Below, piece by piece: positions 18,461-20,000 of a stretch of 20,000 nt of DNA; positions within the stretch are counted from its first letter, which is position 1, and the number at the start of each line of letters is the position of its first letter. The position numbers and the translations under genes were made by a program. The stretch lies in the sequence record SRR31156797_5909, one strand, 5' to 3'. The notes under the pieces are model-generated. The model had not been told where the DNA came from. It did not search any database and saw nothing but the letters and a program-made list of their open reading frames with translations.

Positions 18461-19078
18461 ATGGCAAAACAACATTGGAGACCCGGAACCATGGTATATC
18501 CTATACCTGCAGTAATGGTAAGCTGCGGTTTAACACCCGAAGAATACAATATCATCACCATAGCCTGGACAGGTACCATTTGCAGCGATCCTGCAATGTG
18601 TTACATTTCGGTTCGCAAGAATCGTCATTCCTACGATATCATTAAAAATTCAGGCGAATTCGTCATTAATCTTACCACAAAAGATTTGGCTCATGCTACC
18701 GATTGGTGTGGTGTAAAATCGGGTAAAGATTTCGACAAGTTTGCCGAAATGAATCTAACACCAGGACCATCGAGAGAGATCTCGGCTCCTATTATCGAGG
18801 AATCGCCTTTGAGCATAGAGTGTAAGGTGAAGAATATTGTAGAATTGGGCTCGCACGACATGTTTATTGCCGAGGTGGTAAATGTGCAAGCCGATGAAAA
18901 ATTCATCAACCCAAAAACAGGTAAGTTTTTACTGAGCAAATCGCGTCCTTTGGCTTACTCTCATGGTTACTATTTTGAATTGGGCAAATTGGTTGGTCAG
19001 TTTGGTCACTCAGTCATGAAAAAGAAAACAAGAGAAGTAAAAGGCAAAAAAGGGAAAGTGAAGAAAGAAAAAAAGTAG
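18461..19078 (+). CDS. Flavin reductase family protein (flavoredoxin-like)
   Basis: YPIPAVMVSC, NIITIAWTG, EFVINL, CGVKSG...DKF, IEC, GSHDMFIAEV. Confidence 0.93.
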   Translation: MAKQHWRPGTMVYPIPAVMVSCGLTPEEYNIITIAWTGTICSDPAMCYISVRKNRHSYDIIKNSGEFVINLTTKDLAHATDWCGVKSGKDFDKFAEMNLTPGPSREISAPIIEESPLSIECKVKNIVELGSHDMFIAEVVNVQADEKFINPKTGKFLLSKSRPLAYSHGYYFELGKLVGQFGHSVMKKKTREVKGKKGKVKKEKK

Positions 19079-19176
19079 AAAGGTAGAAGATATAAAAGTG
19101 CATGCATTGCATTTAATACTGCACGCCACCCAATCTATTCTCTGTAACTAATGAATAGAATGAAATTGTAAGACAC

Positions 19177-19206
19177 AAAAAAAACCGGCTTTTGTAGCCG
19201 GTTTTT
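19177..19206. terminator. Bidirectional terminator
   Basis: A8-CCGGCT-tttgt-AGCCGG-T5 between convergent genes. Confidence 0.85.
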
Positions 19207-19228
19207 CTGTATAAATATTTTAAAACTC

Positions 19229-19687
19229 TTATCTGATTCTGTCCATAGAGCGAATCATAGCTTCGTCTTTACCGATATTTCTTAAAGCTAAGTAAGTTAG
19301 TACCAATGCTACTAAAGGGAATGCATTAATCAAACTGTAATCGGTTATCGCAGATAATGTTTTTGCCTGACTGCTGATACTGTAATAGATCAAGCCCATT
19401 GCTCCCAACATGCAAACCATATTAAAAATACACAAACGAATTTGCAGCATTCTTTTCTTAAATAAGAAAATGGTAATCAAACTAAGCAATAGAATTATCG
19501 ACAATAAAATAACAACCGGGTAAGCCATAAAAATAGCAGGTGCACCCTCGGTAAGTGCAGGAATTCCTCTATACAAAAACTCATACGATTGTTCGGCTGT
19601 ACTCAAATTTGCTAAAGGAAAAAAGAACATCATACCAATAAGTACAAAACTTCCTAATAGGTATAAAGATTGAATTCGTTGTATCAT
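19229..19687 (-). CDS. DUF4293 family membrane protein
   Basis: MIQRIQSLYL N-terminus, IFLFKKRMLQ, C-terminal KDEAMIRSMDRIR. Confidence 0.92.
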   Translation of the reverse strand: MIQRIQSLYLLGSFVLIGMMFFFPLANLSTAEQSYEFLYRGIPALTEGAPAIFMAYPVVILLSIILLLSLITIFLFKKRMLQIRLCIFNMVCMLGAMGLIYYSISSQAKTLSAITDYSLINAFPLVALVLTYLALRNIGKDEAMIRSMDRIR

Positions 19688-19705
19688 GTTTATCTAATTT
19701 TTGTA

Positions 19706-19736
19706 CAAATTTAAATTTAAAAACAAAAGCAGCAAA
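19706..19736 (-). promoter_or_regulatory. Promoter of the DUF4293 gene
   Basis: Minus-strand TTTG - 19 nt - TAAATTTG. Confidence 0.6.
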
Positions 19737-19750
19737 CTTTCATTTGCTGC
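19729..19750. repeat. 22-nt palindromic element, copy 1 (terminator-like)
   Basis: GCAGCAAACTTTCATTTGCTGC flanked by A4 and T7. Confidence 0.75.
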
Positions 19751-19974
19751 TTTTTTTACCATCATTACTTAATACTAACTAATCACACTTTTTATTTGTC
19801 AATGTAGAGTCTTTAATACTTTACATCACATTTTTTGTAAGCTCCTTCAGTAAGTTAAATCCGAAGAATTTAAGTGGGTCATTAACCACTGCCTTTTAAC
19901 AACATACTGTTGCTTTATATCTTAATCTGACTGCAAACAAGCGGACAGAATACTTTTTTGAATTGTTAGCAAAT

Positions 19975-19996
19975 GCAGCAAACTTTCGTTTGCTGC
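19975..19996. repeat. 22-nt palindromic element, copy 2
   Basis: GCAGCAAACTTTCGTTTGCTGC, 21/22 identical to copy 1. Confidence 0.75.
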
Positions 19997-20000
19997 CATT

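Noticed and set aside
3997-18939. Short opposite-strand or off-frame ORFs overlapping mlaD, dnaA, pyrB, pyrI, the 10176 ORF, the oxidoreductase, LruC and the flavin reductase
   Set aside because: They overlap well-supported genes and have no recognisable motifs
19016-19078. Lys-rich C-terminal tail of the flavin reductase as a distinct domain
   Set aside because: Low complexity; basic tails are common in this family
15961-19078. Somewhat higher GC in the FKBP to flavin-reductase segment as a genomic island
   Set aside because: Mild by eye and not computed; no integrase, tRNA or flanking repeats; genes are typical of Bacteroidota
19729-19996. CRISPR array
   Set aside because: Only two copies, with a 224-nt interval far too long for a spacer, and no cas genes in the window

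Overview
AT-rich Bacteroidota chromosomal core region; the gene set and TAnnTTTG-type promoters suggest a marine Bacteroidia member such as Marinifilaceae (inference). Gene order: lptD-like (minus, runs off the window), then divergently amidase, MlaD/MCE, dnaA, EamA transporter, yigZ, pyrB-pyrI, an acidic hypothetical and a flavoprotein disulfide-reductase-family gene. These are followed by an LruC-domain lipoprotein (minus), small hypotheticals, an FKBP lipoprotein, a secreted non-specific endonuclease, a TPR protein, a flavin reductase and a DUF4293 protein. No RNA genes, CRISPR arrays or mobile elements were seen. Most notable: (1) a ~260-nt pyrBI leader with a promoter, a terminator, a mutually exclusive antiterminator fold and a leader ORF, but no PyrR site; (2) an MlaD protein with a C-terminal SPOR-like domain similar to that of the adjacent amidase; (3) an Lpd/SthA-like flavoprotein lacking both redox cysteines, preceded by a structured leader; (4) a duplicated 22-nt palindrome, one copy of which overlaps a promoter.
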